Shown: positions 30,593 through 40,289, counted from the stretch's first letter. The stretch is DNA of 64,000 bases from an uncultured Flaviramulus sp. (GCA_947487155.1 CANKVS010000007.1:17020-81019); one strand, 5' to 3'. The notes: generated from the letters alone by a model not told the origin. Numbers and translations: made by a program.

Positions 30593-30919
30593 ATGAATGA
30601 AACAACTATAGATACAAACGCTCTAGGCGAGAAAATAGTAAACGTTTTAAAAACGATTTACGATCCAGAAATCCCCGTAGACATCTACGAATTAGGATTA
30701 ATTTACGATGTATTTGTAAATGAAGATTACGATGTAAAAATATTAATGACTTTAACAACTCCTAACTGTCCTGTGGCCGAAACATTGCCTTTAGAAGTTG
30801 AAGAAAAAGTAAAATCGCTTAACGATGTAAAAAGTGCCGAAGTAGAAATTACTTTCGATCCACCTTGGACACAAGATTTAATGAGTGAAGAAGCAAAGTT
30901 GGAATTGGGGATGCTTTAA
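30593..30919 (+). CDS. DUF59 / MIP18-family Fe-S assembly protein (SufT-like).
   Basis: 108 aa with the conserved TTPNCP Cys motif of the family. It is the last suf-related gene. Confidence 0.75.
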   Translation: MNETTIDTNALGEKIVNVLKTIYDPEIPVDIYELGLIYDVFVNEDYDVKILMTLTTPNCPVAETLPLEVEEKVKSLNDVKSAEVEITFDPPWTQDLMSEEAKLELGML

Positions 30920-30984
30920 AATTAGTTTGCAGTGTTTAGTTGCAGTTTTACAGTAATATTATCTAACATTAACAACAAACATTT

Positions 30985-31494
30985 TTGAAAGACGACATTA
31001 TAAATCGCGTTGCGAATAGCAAATTAGTAACTATAGATCTTGAGGATTATTATCCTGAAGGGAAACGTGTACTTTTTGATATTAAAGATTGGTTGTTTGA
31101 AGGTTTCGTTTTACGCGAAAAAGAGTTTAGAAACCACGTTTCAGAATTCAATTGGAGTCAATATCAAGATTGCTATGTTGCATTAACCTGTAGTACAGAT
31201 GCTATTATTCCTGCTTGGGCTTTTATGCTACTAAGTATTCATTTACAACCTTTGGCAAAAAAAGTAGTTATTGGTAATTTAGAAACTCTTGAAACCGCAA
31301 TCTATCAAGACATTATAACCATTTTAGATATTTCAGAATTCAAAAACAAACCTATTATCATTAAGGGTTGTTCTAAAAAACCAGTACCCCAAAATGCTTA
31401 TATTATGCTTTCAAATAAGCTAAAACCTATTGCTAAATCCATTATGTATGGAGAAGCCTGCTCTTCTGTTCCTCTTTACAAAAATAAACACTAG
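30985..31494 (+). CDS. Hypothetical protein (DUF2480-like), commonly found after suf genes in Bacteroidetes.
   Basis: 169-aa ORF. Context only. Confidence 0.5.
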   Translation: MKDDIINRVANSKLVTIDLEDYYPEGKRVLFDIKDWLFEGFVLREKEFRNHVSEFNWSQYQDCYVALTCSTDAIIPAWAFMLLSIHLQPLAKKVVIGNLETLETAIYQDIITILDISEFKNKPIIIKGCSKKPVPQNAYIMLSNKLKPIAKSIMYGEACSSVPLYKNKH

Positions 31495-31788
31495 TGTCCG
31501 ATTAAAAATACTGAGACTAGTTAGATGCATTAAACTTCAAAACACTTTAAAACAATACACCTTGTTTTTTACAAAGCTTAATAATGTCGAGATGTAAAAA
31601 ATAAACAGGAGTTTTATACTGTTTTTTCAATTAGTTACAATCAAGTCTTTAGTCTTGATTCTAAAAGCGAAACAATCTGTATTCTTTTATCGGACATTAA
31701 TGAAAAAAAGTAATTTTTATTGTGACCTAAAAACATATAAAGGGTCTAAATCCTATATTTGCAAAAAATTAAATAACTCAAATTCAAA

Positions 31789-32715
31789 ATGAAAAAACTA
31801 TTATTATTATGTGTATTTTTTGTTGGGATAATCTCAATAAACGCACAAACTAAAGAGGAATTACAAACTCAAAAAGCAGAAAAACAAGCTGCTGCCGATG
31901 CTTTACAAGCAGAAGCAAACGCAATACAAGCTAAAATTGATGCCTTACCAGGTTGGAGAATAGGTGCTTTTGGTACCATTGGTGGAAGTTTATCGAATTT
32001 TAATAACTGGTATGCACAAGGTGCACCTAATAACTCATCTGGTAATATTGGTTTTACTTTAAACGCTTATGCTAACCAAATTCAAGAAAAATATTTTTGG
32101 AGAAATAGCTTAACCACAAACTTAAATTGGGTAAAGTTAGATAATAAAGATATTAGTACAGATGATGATAGCTTTAACCCAACTACTGATGTTTTTAATA
32201 TCTCATCTTTATACGGTAGAAATATTAATAAAACATTAGCTATTTCTGGTTTAATGGAATATAGAACAACCTTATTAGATAATTTTAACGATCCTGGATA
32301 CTTAGATATAGGTGTTGGAGCTACATGGACTCCTATACAAGATTTAATAGTTGTTATACATCCTTTAAACTATAACTTTGTGTTTAGCAGCGGAGATACC
32401 GTTTTTGAATCTTCTTTGGGAGCAAAAATTGTAGCAGATTATACAAAGCAAATAGGAGCTATTAATTTTAAAACAAACTTATCTATGTTCCAAAGTTATA
32501 AATCTTCAAATTTATCTAACTGGACTTGGACAAACTCCTTTGGGTACACCTTATGGAAAATGATTGGTGTTGGTTTCGATTTTGGTTTAAGAAGCAACAA
32601 ACAAGAAGCTTTAAATTATGCACTAGCTCAAACACCTGTTATTGCAACGTCTTTTGATGATGTAGACAACGATTTACAAACCTACTACACCATAGGCTTA
32701 AGCTATAAGTTTTAA
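31789..32715 (+). CDS. Secreted protein with an N-terminal coiled coil and a C-terminal predicted outer-membrane beta-barrel (DUF3078-like).
   Basis: Signal peptide, alternating hydrophobic beta-strand pattern, and a terminal LSYKF aromatic end. Confidence 0.55.
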   Translation: MKKLLLLCVFFVGIISINAQTKEELQTQKAEKQAAADALQAEANAIQAKIDALPGWRIGAFGTIGGSLSNFNNWYAQGAPNNSSGNIGFTLNAYANQIQEKYFWRNSLTTNLNWVKLDNKDISTDDDSFNPTTDVFNISSLYGRNINKTLAISGLMEYRTTLLDNFNDPGYLDIGVGATWTPIQDLIVVIHPLNYNFVFSSGDTVFESSLGAKIVADYTKQIGAINFKTNLSMFQSYKSSNLSNWTWTNSFGYTLWKMIGVGFDFGLRSNKQEALNYALAQTPVIATSFDDVDNDLQTYYTIGLSYKF

Positions 32716-32900
32716 AGTAAAATAAAACGATTTTTTATATAAAAGCATTTCTTAAAAGAAGTGCTTTTTTTTTGACTAATACCATTTCTCATCTGAAATG
32801 ACTGTAATAAATCGCACTTTTCTCCTTTCTATTTCAACATAAAAAGAAACCGTAACTTAGGCTATACTCTATTTTTCTGTTTTCTATAAAGAAAAAAATC

Positions 32901-32942
32901 ATCAATTTCTTTTACAGTAATTTCAAACAAGAAATGGTATAA
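32901..32942. repeat. 42-bp conserved element, copy B (atcaatttcttttacagtaatttcaaacaagaaatggtataa).
   Basis: 40 of 42 nt identical to 20981-21022. It lies in the 380-bp AT-rich leader of the 33096-40289 operon. Confidence 0.7.
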
Positions 32943-33095
32943 AATGTAATCTACTGTAATTTAAATCATAATTAACAATGATATAAAATTCTTTCAAATT
33001 TTATAATAAAATACACTTTATCTATTTTTTTTGTATTTTAACGATTATTTTTAATATATTGCCCTCTTAAAATGACTATTTAATACAAATGCATT

Positions 33096-33461
33096 ATGGT
33101 TAAAAAGAAAATTGTTTTAGCAGAAGACAACTCAACCTTATCATTGCTACTAAAGTTTAGATTAGAAAAAGAAGGTTATAATCTATTTGCCGCAGTAGAT
33201 GGAAAAGAAGCACTTCAATTAATAGAAGCAGAAGAACCTGATTTAATAATAACAGACATTATGATGCCTTTTATTAGTGGTTTAGAAGTGATTAGTCATG
33301 TAAGATTAAAATTTGATTTAGACACACCTATTATTGTATTCTCTTCTGCAGGTCAAGAAGAAATGGTATTAAAAGCCTTTAATTTAGGAGCCAATGATTT
33401 TATGGGAAAACCATTTAGCCCAAACGAATTAATAATTAGAGTTAAAAGGTTATTAAATTAA
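33096..33461 (+). CDS. Stand-alone response-regulator receiver (CheY-like REC only).
   Basis: 121 aa with a phospho-acceptor Asp in LIITDIMMP and the conserved acidic pocket and Lys (FMGKPF). Confidence 0.8.
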   Translation: MVKKKIVLAEDNSTLSLLLKFRLEKEGYNLFAAVDGKEALQLIEAEEPDLIITDIMMPFISGLEVISHVRLKFDLDTPIIVFSSAGQEEMVLKAFNLGANDFMGKPFSPNELIIRVKRLLN

Positions 33462-33467
33462 TATGGC

Positions 33468-34571
33468 ATGATTATTAATAACGGTATATTAGAATATATA
33501 GAAAAATTTCCTTTTCTAGTTCAGTTAGCTTATATATTAAGCTGTGTTCTTTTTACTGCCATTATTGTTCTTACTATATATTTAAAAATTATACGATCGT
33601 CTCTTAGGAAAAAACATGAAATACGTGTAAAGTTAAAGGCTGACTATGAGGCGTTATTAATTGAATATCTTTACTCTGGTGATGAAACTAATGAAATTAG
33701 TGAAATACAAGAACTAATAATTAATAAGTTAAAAAAAGTTATTCATTCCAAGTTTAATCGTAAAATTATAATATCTATTATATACAATTTAATGAATGAG
33801 GTCTCTGGAGAAATGTCAGATTCTATAAAAACATTATACTTTAAAACAGGGCTTTACAATTATGCACAAAACAGGTTAAAAAATAAAAACTGGTATATTA
33901 TTGCTAAAGGAATAGGTGAATTAACACGATTTAAAATAGGTGAAGCTCATGATGACGTTGCTAAATTTATAACACATCAAAGGAGCGAAGTTCGTAAAGA
34001 AACTCAATTATATTTAGTAAACTTATTCCGATTTAACGGGTTAACATTTCTTAATGATTTAAAAACACCACTATCAGAATGGGCTCAAGTACAATTATTA
34101 GAAACACTACAAAAGTTTGATGATCAACAAATTTGCGATATAAAACCTTGGCTAAAATCTTCAAACAATACAGTGGTTTTATTTGCCTTAAAATTAGCTC
34201 AAATTTATAATCAGTTTGAAGTTAAAGACACTTTAATAGAACTATTATCGCATAACGAAAAAACCATCAGGCTCCAAGTAATAGAAGTATTAACACACTT
34301 ATATGGCATTGAAGCTAAAGAAATGCTTAAAGCTAACTTTAACAATTTAAGTTTAGAAGAACAAATTAGCTTCTTTGGCTTACTAGAAAAGCTAGTGGTT
34401 CCATCTGACGAGCCTTTTGTTGAAAAACATTTATTTCATAAAAACTTCGAAATACAGCTATTAGCACTTAAAATATTAAAATCTATAAACCTAGATAAAT
34501 TCATGGGCTTAAATAAAAAAGTTTCTAAGAAAAGTAATCCTGAAATTTTCAAATTTGTAAAAAACATATAA
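33468..34571 (+). CDS. Membrane-anchored HEAT/ARM-like repeat protein.
   Basis: One N-terminal TM helix followed by repeated about 30-aa helical units (..EVRKETQLYLVNL.., ..EKTIRLQVIEVLTHL.., ..NFEIQLLALKILKSI..). It is 7 bp from the RR gene and 3 bp before the GT2 gene. Confidence 0.55.
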   Translation: MIINNGILEYIEKFPFLVQLAYILSCVLFTAIIVLTIYLKIIRSSLRKKHEIRVKLKADYEALLIEYLYSGDETNEISEIQELIINKLKKVIHSKFNRKIIISIIYNLMNEVSGEMSDSIKTLYFKTGLYNYAQNRLKNKNWYIIAKGIGELTRFKIGEAHDDVAKFITHQRSEVRKETQLYLVNLFRFNGLTFLNDLKTPLSEWAQVQLLETLQKFDDQQICDIKPWLKSSNNTVVLFALKLAQIYNQFEVKDTLIELLSHNEKTIRLQVIEVLTHLYGIEAKEMLKANFNNLSLEEQISFFGLLEKLVVPSDEPFVEKHLFHKNFEIQLLALKILKSINLDKFMGLNKKVSKKSNPEIFKFVKNI

Positions 34572-34574
34572 ATT

Positions 34575-36005
34575 ATGGATACTAGTACGCTTCAAATAAT
34601 TTTAAAAATTCTCCATTACATATTTTTTGCATATGCTTTTTTTGCTATTACATCTTATATAGTACTTTCTGTTATTTCTGGAAAAGAAACTCTAGAATAT
34701 CTTAAAAAAAATAGTTTTGTAAACTACAAAGATATTTTATCATCTACCATGTCTCCATCAATAACCATTATAGCTCCCGCATATAATGAAAGCCTTAATG
34801 TTGTTGAAAATGTGAGGTCTCTACTATCTAATCACTATGTAAACTACAAAGTAATTATTATTAACGACGGTAGTACAGATGATAGTTTAGAAAAACTAAT
34901 TGCTACTTACGACTTAGAGGCAATCGATTTTATTATAAATAATAAAATTAAAACAAAACCACTACGTACAGGTGTTTTTAAATCTAAAAACCCTGCTTTT
35001 GAAAAACTTATGGTGGTTGATAAAGAAAATGGCGGAAAAGCAGATGCACTAAATATGGGGTTAAATATTAGCAAAACTAAGTACGTTGCTTGTATTGATG
35101 TAGATTGCCTGCTTTTGGAAGATGCTTTACAAAAAATGATAAAACCTTTTTTAGAAGTAACCAATGCCAAAGTAATTGCTGCTGGTGGTGTTATTAGAAT
35201 AGCAAACTCTTGTATTATACGTGGTGGTAAATTAATAGATGTAAATCTGCCAAAAAACTTATTAGTTCAAGCACAAATTTTAGAATATTTAAGAGCTTTT
35301 TTATTAGGAAGAATGGCATGGAGCAGATTAAACGGTTTACTTGTAATTTCTGGAGCCTTTGGTATTTTAGATAAAGAAACTGCTATTGCAGTTGGAGGAT
35401 ATGACACTGAAACCGTTGGAGAAGACATGGAAATTATTGTGAGAATGAGACGCTATATGGAAGAAAAAGGAGAAAAATACAGAGTCTCTTACATTCCTGA
35501 TCCTTTATGTTGGACTGAAGCCCCAGACACTTACAAAATTTTTATATCACAACGAAACAGATGGACTAGAGGTACTATAGAAACTTTAAATAAACACAGG
35601 AAAATAGGGTTTAACAGAAATTATGGAACCTTCGGGTTATTAAGTTATCCGTATTGGTTAATTTTTGAAAGACTAGCTCCTTTAATTGAAGCTGTTGGCT
35701 TAGTGTACTTTATCATTTTAGTAGCTTTAAGAGAGGTTAAGTGGGAATATGCTTTATCATTCTTAATATTAGCATACATGTTTTCTGTACTGTTCTCTAT
35801 TGTTGCTATATATTCAGAAGAACTTACATTTCATCAATACAAAAAGAAAGGCACAGGTTTTAAATTAATTTTATTAAGTGCCTTAGAGCCTTTTATATTA
35901 CACCCTTTTATATTATATGCTGCTGTAAAAGGGAATTACGATTACTATTTTAACAGGAAAAAGAAATGGGGATCTATGGTGCGAAAAGGCTTAACTACTA
36001 CTTAA
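34575..36005 (+). CDS. Family-2 processive beta-glycosyltransferase (PgaC/IcaA/NodC/cellulose-synthase-like polysaccharide synthase).
   Basis: N-terminal TM segment, a GT-A core with DGSTDDS and CIDVDC (DxD), and the processive-synthase signature QRNRWTRG (QxxRW). There are 4 C-terminal TM helices and no PilZ domain. Confidence 0.8.
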   Translation: MDTSTLQIILKILHYIFFAYAFFAITSYIVLSVISGKETLEYLKKNSFVNYKDILSSTMSPSITIIAPAYNESLNVVENVRSLLSNHYVNYKVIIINDGSTDDSLEKLIATYDLEAIDFIINNKIKTKPLRTGVFKSKNPAFEKLMVVDKENGGKADALNMGLNISKTKYVACIDVDCLLLEDALQKMIKPFLEVTNAKVIAAGGVIRIANSCIIRGGKLIDVNLPKNLLVQAQILEYLRAFLLGRMAWSRLNGLLVISGAFGILDKETAIAVGGYDTETVGEDMEIIVRMRRYMEEKGEKYRVSYIPDPLCWTEAPDTYKIFISQRNRWTRGTIETLNKHRKIGFNRNYGTFGLLSYPYWLIFERLAPLIEAVGLVYFIILVALREVKWEYALSFLILAYMFSVLFSIVAIYSEELTFHQYKKKGTGFKLILLSALEPFILHPFILYAAVKGNYDYYFNRKKKWGSMVRKGLTTT

Positions 36006-36030
36006 CAAAAAATGACTTAATTAATAATAC

Positions 36031-38448
36031 ATGAAACTTAATTTTAAAAATATTGATGCTTTTATTTATTTATGTGCGATCGCATCTTTAATTGTTGTTT
36101 TTTGGTTAATTGGACTGACTGAAGTCTTTCTATCAAAATCCTATACAACCAATATAATTGGAGCCCTATTTTTAAAATTCACAAACGATTTTTGGGCATG
36201 TTTTTTAATAGGTTTAACCGTTTTTCCTTTGTATTTACTTTTACATATTTTTATAAAAAAATATGCTTTTACAATAATAAGAATCCTTTTTATATTCATT
36301 ATACTCGCTCAATTTTCACTAGTAAAGTATAGTATTACCACGATGTTAAATTTAGGTGCAGATATTTTAGGCTATTCGTTTGATGATGCCTTTAGTACAG
36401 TTTCAGTATCAGAATCTATTTCTTTTACTTATTTTCTACCTTTTATAATTTTTCCATTATTATTCTTTGTATTCTATGCTCTGTTAAAAAACCGTTTATC
36501 TACAAATAAATTAAAAGGAGTAAGTTTAATTATTATACTCTTTTTTGGAAGTATTAAATTAATTTTCTCAAATACTTTTGAAGCAAAACATCAAAACAAA
36601 ATTGTTTTTTTTGTCGATAATATCATTGCTTTTCAAAATGAAAAAAGCCAATTAAATGCATTTAATTTTTCACAACGTAGCGATTACCCGTTATTAAAAC
36701 CTTATAATCAATCAAAAGATGTATTATCCTCATTTATTAATACGAAAGACGAAAAACCAAATATTGTTGTAATAGTAGTTGAAGGTTTAGGTGGTGAGTT
36801 TGTAAACAACAATGCTTTTAGCGGTTTTACGCCGTATATAGATTCTATTATACCCCATGCCTTATATTGGGATAATTTTGTAAGTACTACAGGGCGATCT
36901 TTTGGAATACTACCATCATTATTTGGTTCCCTACCATACGGTGAAAAAGGGTTTTTGGAGTTAACAGACACACCTTCTCACGCATCCTTAATAAGTGTTT
37001 TAAAAGCCAATGGATATCAAACCAATTATTACTCTGGAGGACCATCTAGCTTTGACAGAAAAATTAATTTCTTAGAGTATAACGGCATTGATAATTTAAT
37101 AGACGAAAATAAATACGGTCCTAGTTATACAAAAACGGCAAGTAACGATGGTGGGTTTTCTTGGGGATATCCAGATAGTGAAATTTTTAAAAAAGCCTTT
37201 TCTTCTTTAAATGTTGAAAAACAACCCAGACTCGATATTGTAATGACACTGTCTTCTCACGAGCCTTTTGAATATCCAAATAAGGAAGTTTACATGGATG
37301 AAGTTGAAAAACGACTCGAAAACTTAGATAAATCGGAAGCATTAGAAAATAAAATTGAAAATCATAAAGATATTTTTGGTTGTTTATTATTTACAGATAA
37401 TGCCATTAAAAATTTTATGGAGGACTATAAAAAAAGACCCGATTATTCAAATACCATTTTTATAATTACTGGAGATCACAGACTTATTCCTATTGAACAA
37501 AAAGATAAGTTATGCAGGTTTCACGTTCCGTTTTTAATTTACAGTCCCTTATTAAAAACATCAGAAAAGTTTAAGTCAATTTCATCTCATTGGGATGTAA
37601 CCCCTAGTGTATTACGTTTTTTAACAAACAATTACAAGTTTAAACCCATAGAAAATACCGCTTGGATGGGTAGTGGCTTAGACACTGTAAAACAATTTAG
37701 AAACGTTAAAAAAATACCTTTAATGCGGTACAAAGGAAATATAAATGATTTTATTTATGAAAACTATTTTTATTCTGATGGAGAATTATTCAAAATAAAT
37801 GAGAATTTTGGAACTTATAAAGTACATGAAGATGGTCTTTTAAAAACCATTTCAGATTCTTTAATGGCTTTTAAAAAAATGAATGCCTATGTTACACAAC
37901 ACAACAAAATTTTTCCAGATTCACTTAATATTTATATAACACCAAAAACTAAATTTTCTAAAGAACAATTAGCAGAGATTAGCCAATATTCAAAAGAAAA
38001 AACATTTGATGAATTATTGTTAACAGCTAGAGATTTGTCTCAAAAAAAACAATATGATACTACACGTTTATTATGCGACTATATTTTAAATGAGTTTCCA
38101 AATTACACAGATGCTAGAATACTAAAAGGAAGAACTTTAGCTTGGGAACAAAATTATAGAGAATCTGAATCTGTTTTATTAAACGCTCTTAAAAGATCTC
38201 CTTATTATGATGATGCTTATTTGGCGATTTTAGATATGTATTGGTGGTCTGGTCAAGAAAAAAAATCTATAAGCATTTTTAATCAAGCTATTAATAATGA
38301 CTTAACAAATCCTGAAATAAGTTTTAAAATGGCTAAAGCTTACAACCGAATGAATCGTATTAATACATCTAAAAAAATAGTAGATAGCTTAATTAAAATC
38401 TATCCAAATGTCTCTGAATATAAAACTTTTAAAAAAGCCTTAAAATAG
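36031..38448 (+). CDS. Polytopic membrane alkaline-phosphatase-superfamily transferase (LtaS/OpgB/BcsG/EptA-like sulfatase fold) fused to C-terminal TPR repeats.
   Basis: About 5 N-terminal TM helices, then a sulfatase-type core (PNIVVIVVEGLGGEF ... TTGRS ... ITGDHR), then about 170 aa of TPR-like helices. Confidence 0.7.
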   Translation: MKLNFKNIDAFIYLCAIASLIVVFWLIGLTEVFLSKSYTTNIIGALFLKFTNDFWACFLIGLTVFPLYLLLHIFIKKYAFTIIRILFIFIILAQFSLVKYSITTMLNLGADILGYSFDDAFSTVSVSESISFTYFLPFIIFPLLFFVFYALLKNRLSTNKLKGVSLIIILFFGSIKLIFSNTFEAKHQNKIVFFVDNIIAFQNEKSQLNAFNFSQRSDYPLLKPYNQSKDVLSSFINTKDEKPNIVVIVVEGLGGEFVNNNAFSGFTPYIDSIIPHALYWDNFVSTTGRSFGILPSLFGSLPYGEKGFLELTDTPSHASLISVLKANGYQTNYYSGGPSSFDRKINFLEYNGIDNLIDENKYGPSYTKTASNDGGFSWGYPDSEIFKKAFSSLNVEKQPRLDIVMTLSSHEPFEYPNKEVYMDEVEKRLENLDKSEALENKIENHKDIFGCLLFTDNAIKNFMEDYKKRPDYSNTIFIITGDHRLIPIEQKDKLCRFHVPFLIYSPLLKTSEKFKSISSHWDVTPSVLRFLTNNYKFKPIENTAWMGSGLDTVKQFRNVKKIPLMRYKGNINDFIYENYFYSDGELFKINENFGTYKVHEDGLLKTISDSLMAFKKMNAYVTQHNKIFPDSLNIYITPKTKFSKEQLAEISQYSKEKTFDELLLTARDLSQKKQYDTTRLLCDYILNEFPNYTDARILKGRTLAWEQNYRESESVLLNALKRSPYYDDAYLAILDMYWWSGQEKKSISIFNQAINNDLTNPEISFKMAKAYNRMNRINTSKKIVDSLIKIYPNVSEYKTFKKALK

Positions 38449-38463
38449 GTAACCAAATATATT

Positions 38464-39714
38464 ATGCGCAAATCAATTTTAATATTGTTTTTAATAAGTT
38501 CTTTTTCTTATGCTCAAACAAAAGTGTTTAATGGAGACCCCGACAAAGCTTTTGAGGTTGCCCGCAAATTAGCATTTAATAAACAACGCAAACAAGCTCA
38601 AGATTCTTTATTACTAATTCTAACAAAATATCCAGATTATCATGATATAAGATCCTTTTTGGCAAGCACTTATTCTTGGGATGGTGATTATAAAAAAGCA
38701 AAAAAAGAATTTGATTATATACTTAAAAAAAGCCCTAAACGATTAGATACTTGGCAAGCTGCTATTAAAAACGAACTATGGAGAACAGCAGCTTTTAGTG
38801 CTTTAGAAATGAGTGATAAAGCCTTAAAATATTTTCCAAAAAATCCAGACATCTTGTATTTAAAAGCAAGTGCTGAAGACGCTACAGATAACCATGAAGA
38901 AGCTTTATTAACCATTAATAAAATATTAAAAGACAATCCAGATCATGAAAAAACAAAAGCTTACAAAGCTAGTTTAATAGATAAGTTAAGCCTTAACACT
39001 ATAGGACTAAAAGCTTCGGTTGATATTTATTCTGAAGTATTCGACCCCATGCAGTATTATTTATTAAAGTACGTTAGAAATACAAAATATGGTAGTATTC
39101 ATAGTAAAATTAACTTTAGTAGAAGGTTTGCATCTAATGGCGCTCAATTCGAAATTGATATGTATCCTCGAATAGCAAAAGGCTTATATGCATATATGAA
39201 CTTTGGAGTATCTAATTCCTTTTTATATCCAGATATAAGATATGGTGCAGAGTTACACAAATCGTTACCAAAAAGTTTCGAAGCCTCTCTTGGATTTAGA
39301 GCTTTAAAATATAGTAGTGGGATTACTAATATTTATACTGGTTCTGTAGGATGGTATAGCGGAAATAGTTATTGGTCTTTTAGAGTTTATGTAACCCCAG
39401 GAGAACCTGCTGCAAGTAAATCGGGGACATTAAGTTATAGAAAATACAGAAGAGATGCTAACAATTATTTTAGTATAGATGCTGGTATGGGGTTTTCTCC
39501 AGACATTTATAGGTTTGATTTTGAAAACAATGAAGATTCAATTATAAATCTTAATTCTCAAAAATTCAATCTAGGCTATTATTTTTCATCTAAAAACAAT
39601 AAAAACTATTGGGGAATTCAATCAGGAATTTCACATCAAGAAATTAGTTTTAACCCTGGTTCATACTTCTGGATTTATTCCTTTTCATTATCTTGGGACA
39701 TGAAATTTAGATAA
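38464..39714 (+). CDS. TPR-repeat plus outer-membrane beta-barrel protein (PgaA/BcsC/PelB-like exporter, short form).
   Basis: Signal peptide, about 170 aa of TPR, then about 230 aa with alternating aromatic/hydrophobic beta-strand periodicity ending ...SWDMKFR. Confidence 0.6.
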   Translation: MRKSILILFLISSFSYAQTKVFNGDPDKAFEVARKLAFNKQRKQAQDSLLLILTKYPDYHDIRSFLASTYSWDGDYKKAKKEFDYILKKSPKRLDTWQAAIKNELWRTAAFSALEMSDKALKYFPKNPDILYLKASAEDATDNHEEALLTINKILKDNPDHEKTKAYKASLIDKLSLNTIGLKASVDIYSEVFDPMQYYLLKYVRNTKYGSIHSKINFSRRFASNGAQFEIDMYPRIAKGLYAYMNFGVSNSFLYPDIRYGAELHKSLPKSFEASLGFRALKYSSGITNIYTGSVGWYSGNSYWSFRVYVTPGEPAASKSGTLSYRKYRRDANNYFSIDAGMGFSPDIYRFDFENNEDSIINLNSQKFNLGYYFSSKNNKNYWGIQSGISHQEISFNPGSYFWIYSFSLSWDMKFR

Positions 39715-39734
39715 TACGCTATTAGTTAAATTAA

Positions 39735-40289
39735 ATGAATCAAAAACTTAAAACATCCATAGCATTTGCTAAAAATTTATTGGTTACTGGAGCCATATCT
39801 GAAACTAGTAGACAAGTTGAAATTGATATTTGTAAAAACATTTCAAAAGAAGAAAATAAAATTATTGTCGAATTTGGAATGGGACATGGTAATATCACTA
39901 AAGAAATATTAAATACCATAGCTCCAACATCAAAATTATATGCTTTTGAAGTAAAGGAAAGTTTTTGCAATCACGTTAAAAGTATTATTTCAGACGATAG
40001 ACTTATTATTATTAATGATGGGGCCCAAAACTTAAAAAAACATATACAGCAAGATATAAATACTGTAATATCTTCAATTCCATTTTCTTTCTTTAGCAAA
40101 GAAAAAGGTTTGGCTATTATACAAGACGCTTACGATCTTTTAGAGAATAATGCATACTATAGCCAAGTTTTATATACTAAATTCAATTTTAAAAAGTTTC
40201 AAAAAATATTTGAGGAATGCGAAATGACTTCAAACAAAAACTTGTTTACAGAATATATTTATCATTGTAAAAAAACAGCTAATACATAG
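39735..40289 (+). CDS. Small class-I SAM-dependent methyltransferase of the KsgA/Erm/PmtA-like family.
   Basis: The N-terminal ...NLLVTGAISETSRQVEIDI... plus motif I IIVEFGMGHGNITKEIL resembles the rRNA adenine dimethylase/PmtA fold. It is only 184 aa. Confidence 0.55.
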   Translation: MNQKLKTSIAFAKNLLVTGAISETSRQVEIDICKNISKEENKIIVEFGMGHGNITKEILNTIAPTSKLYAFEVKESFCNHVKSIISDDRLIIINDGAQNLKKHIQQDINTVISSIPFSFFSKEKGLAIIQDAYDLLENNAYYSQVLYTKFNFKKFQKIFEECEMTSNKNLFTEYIYHCKKTANT

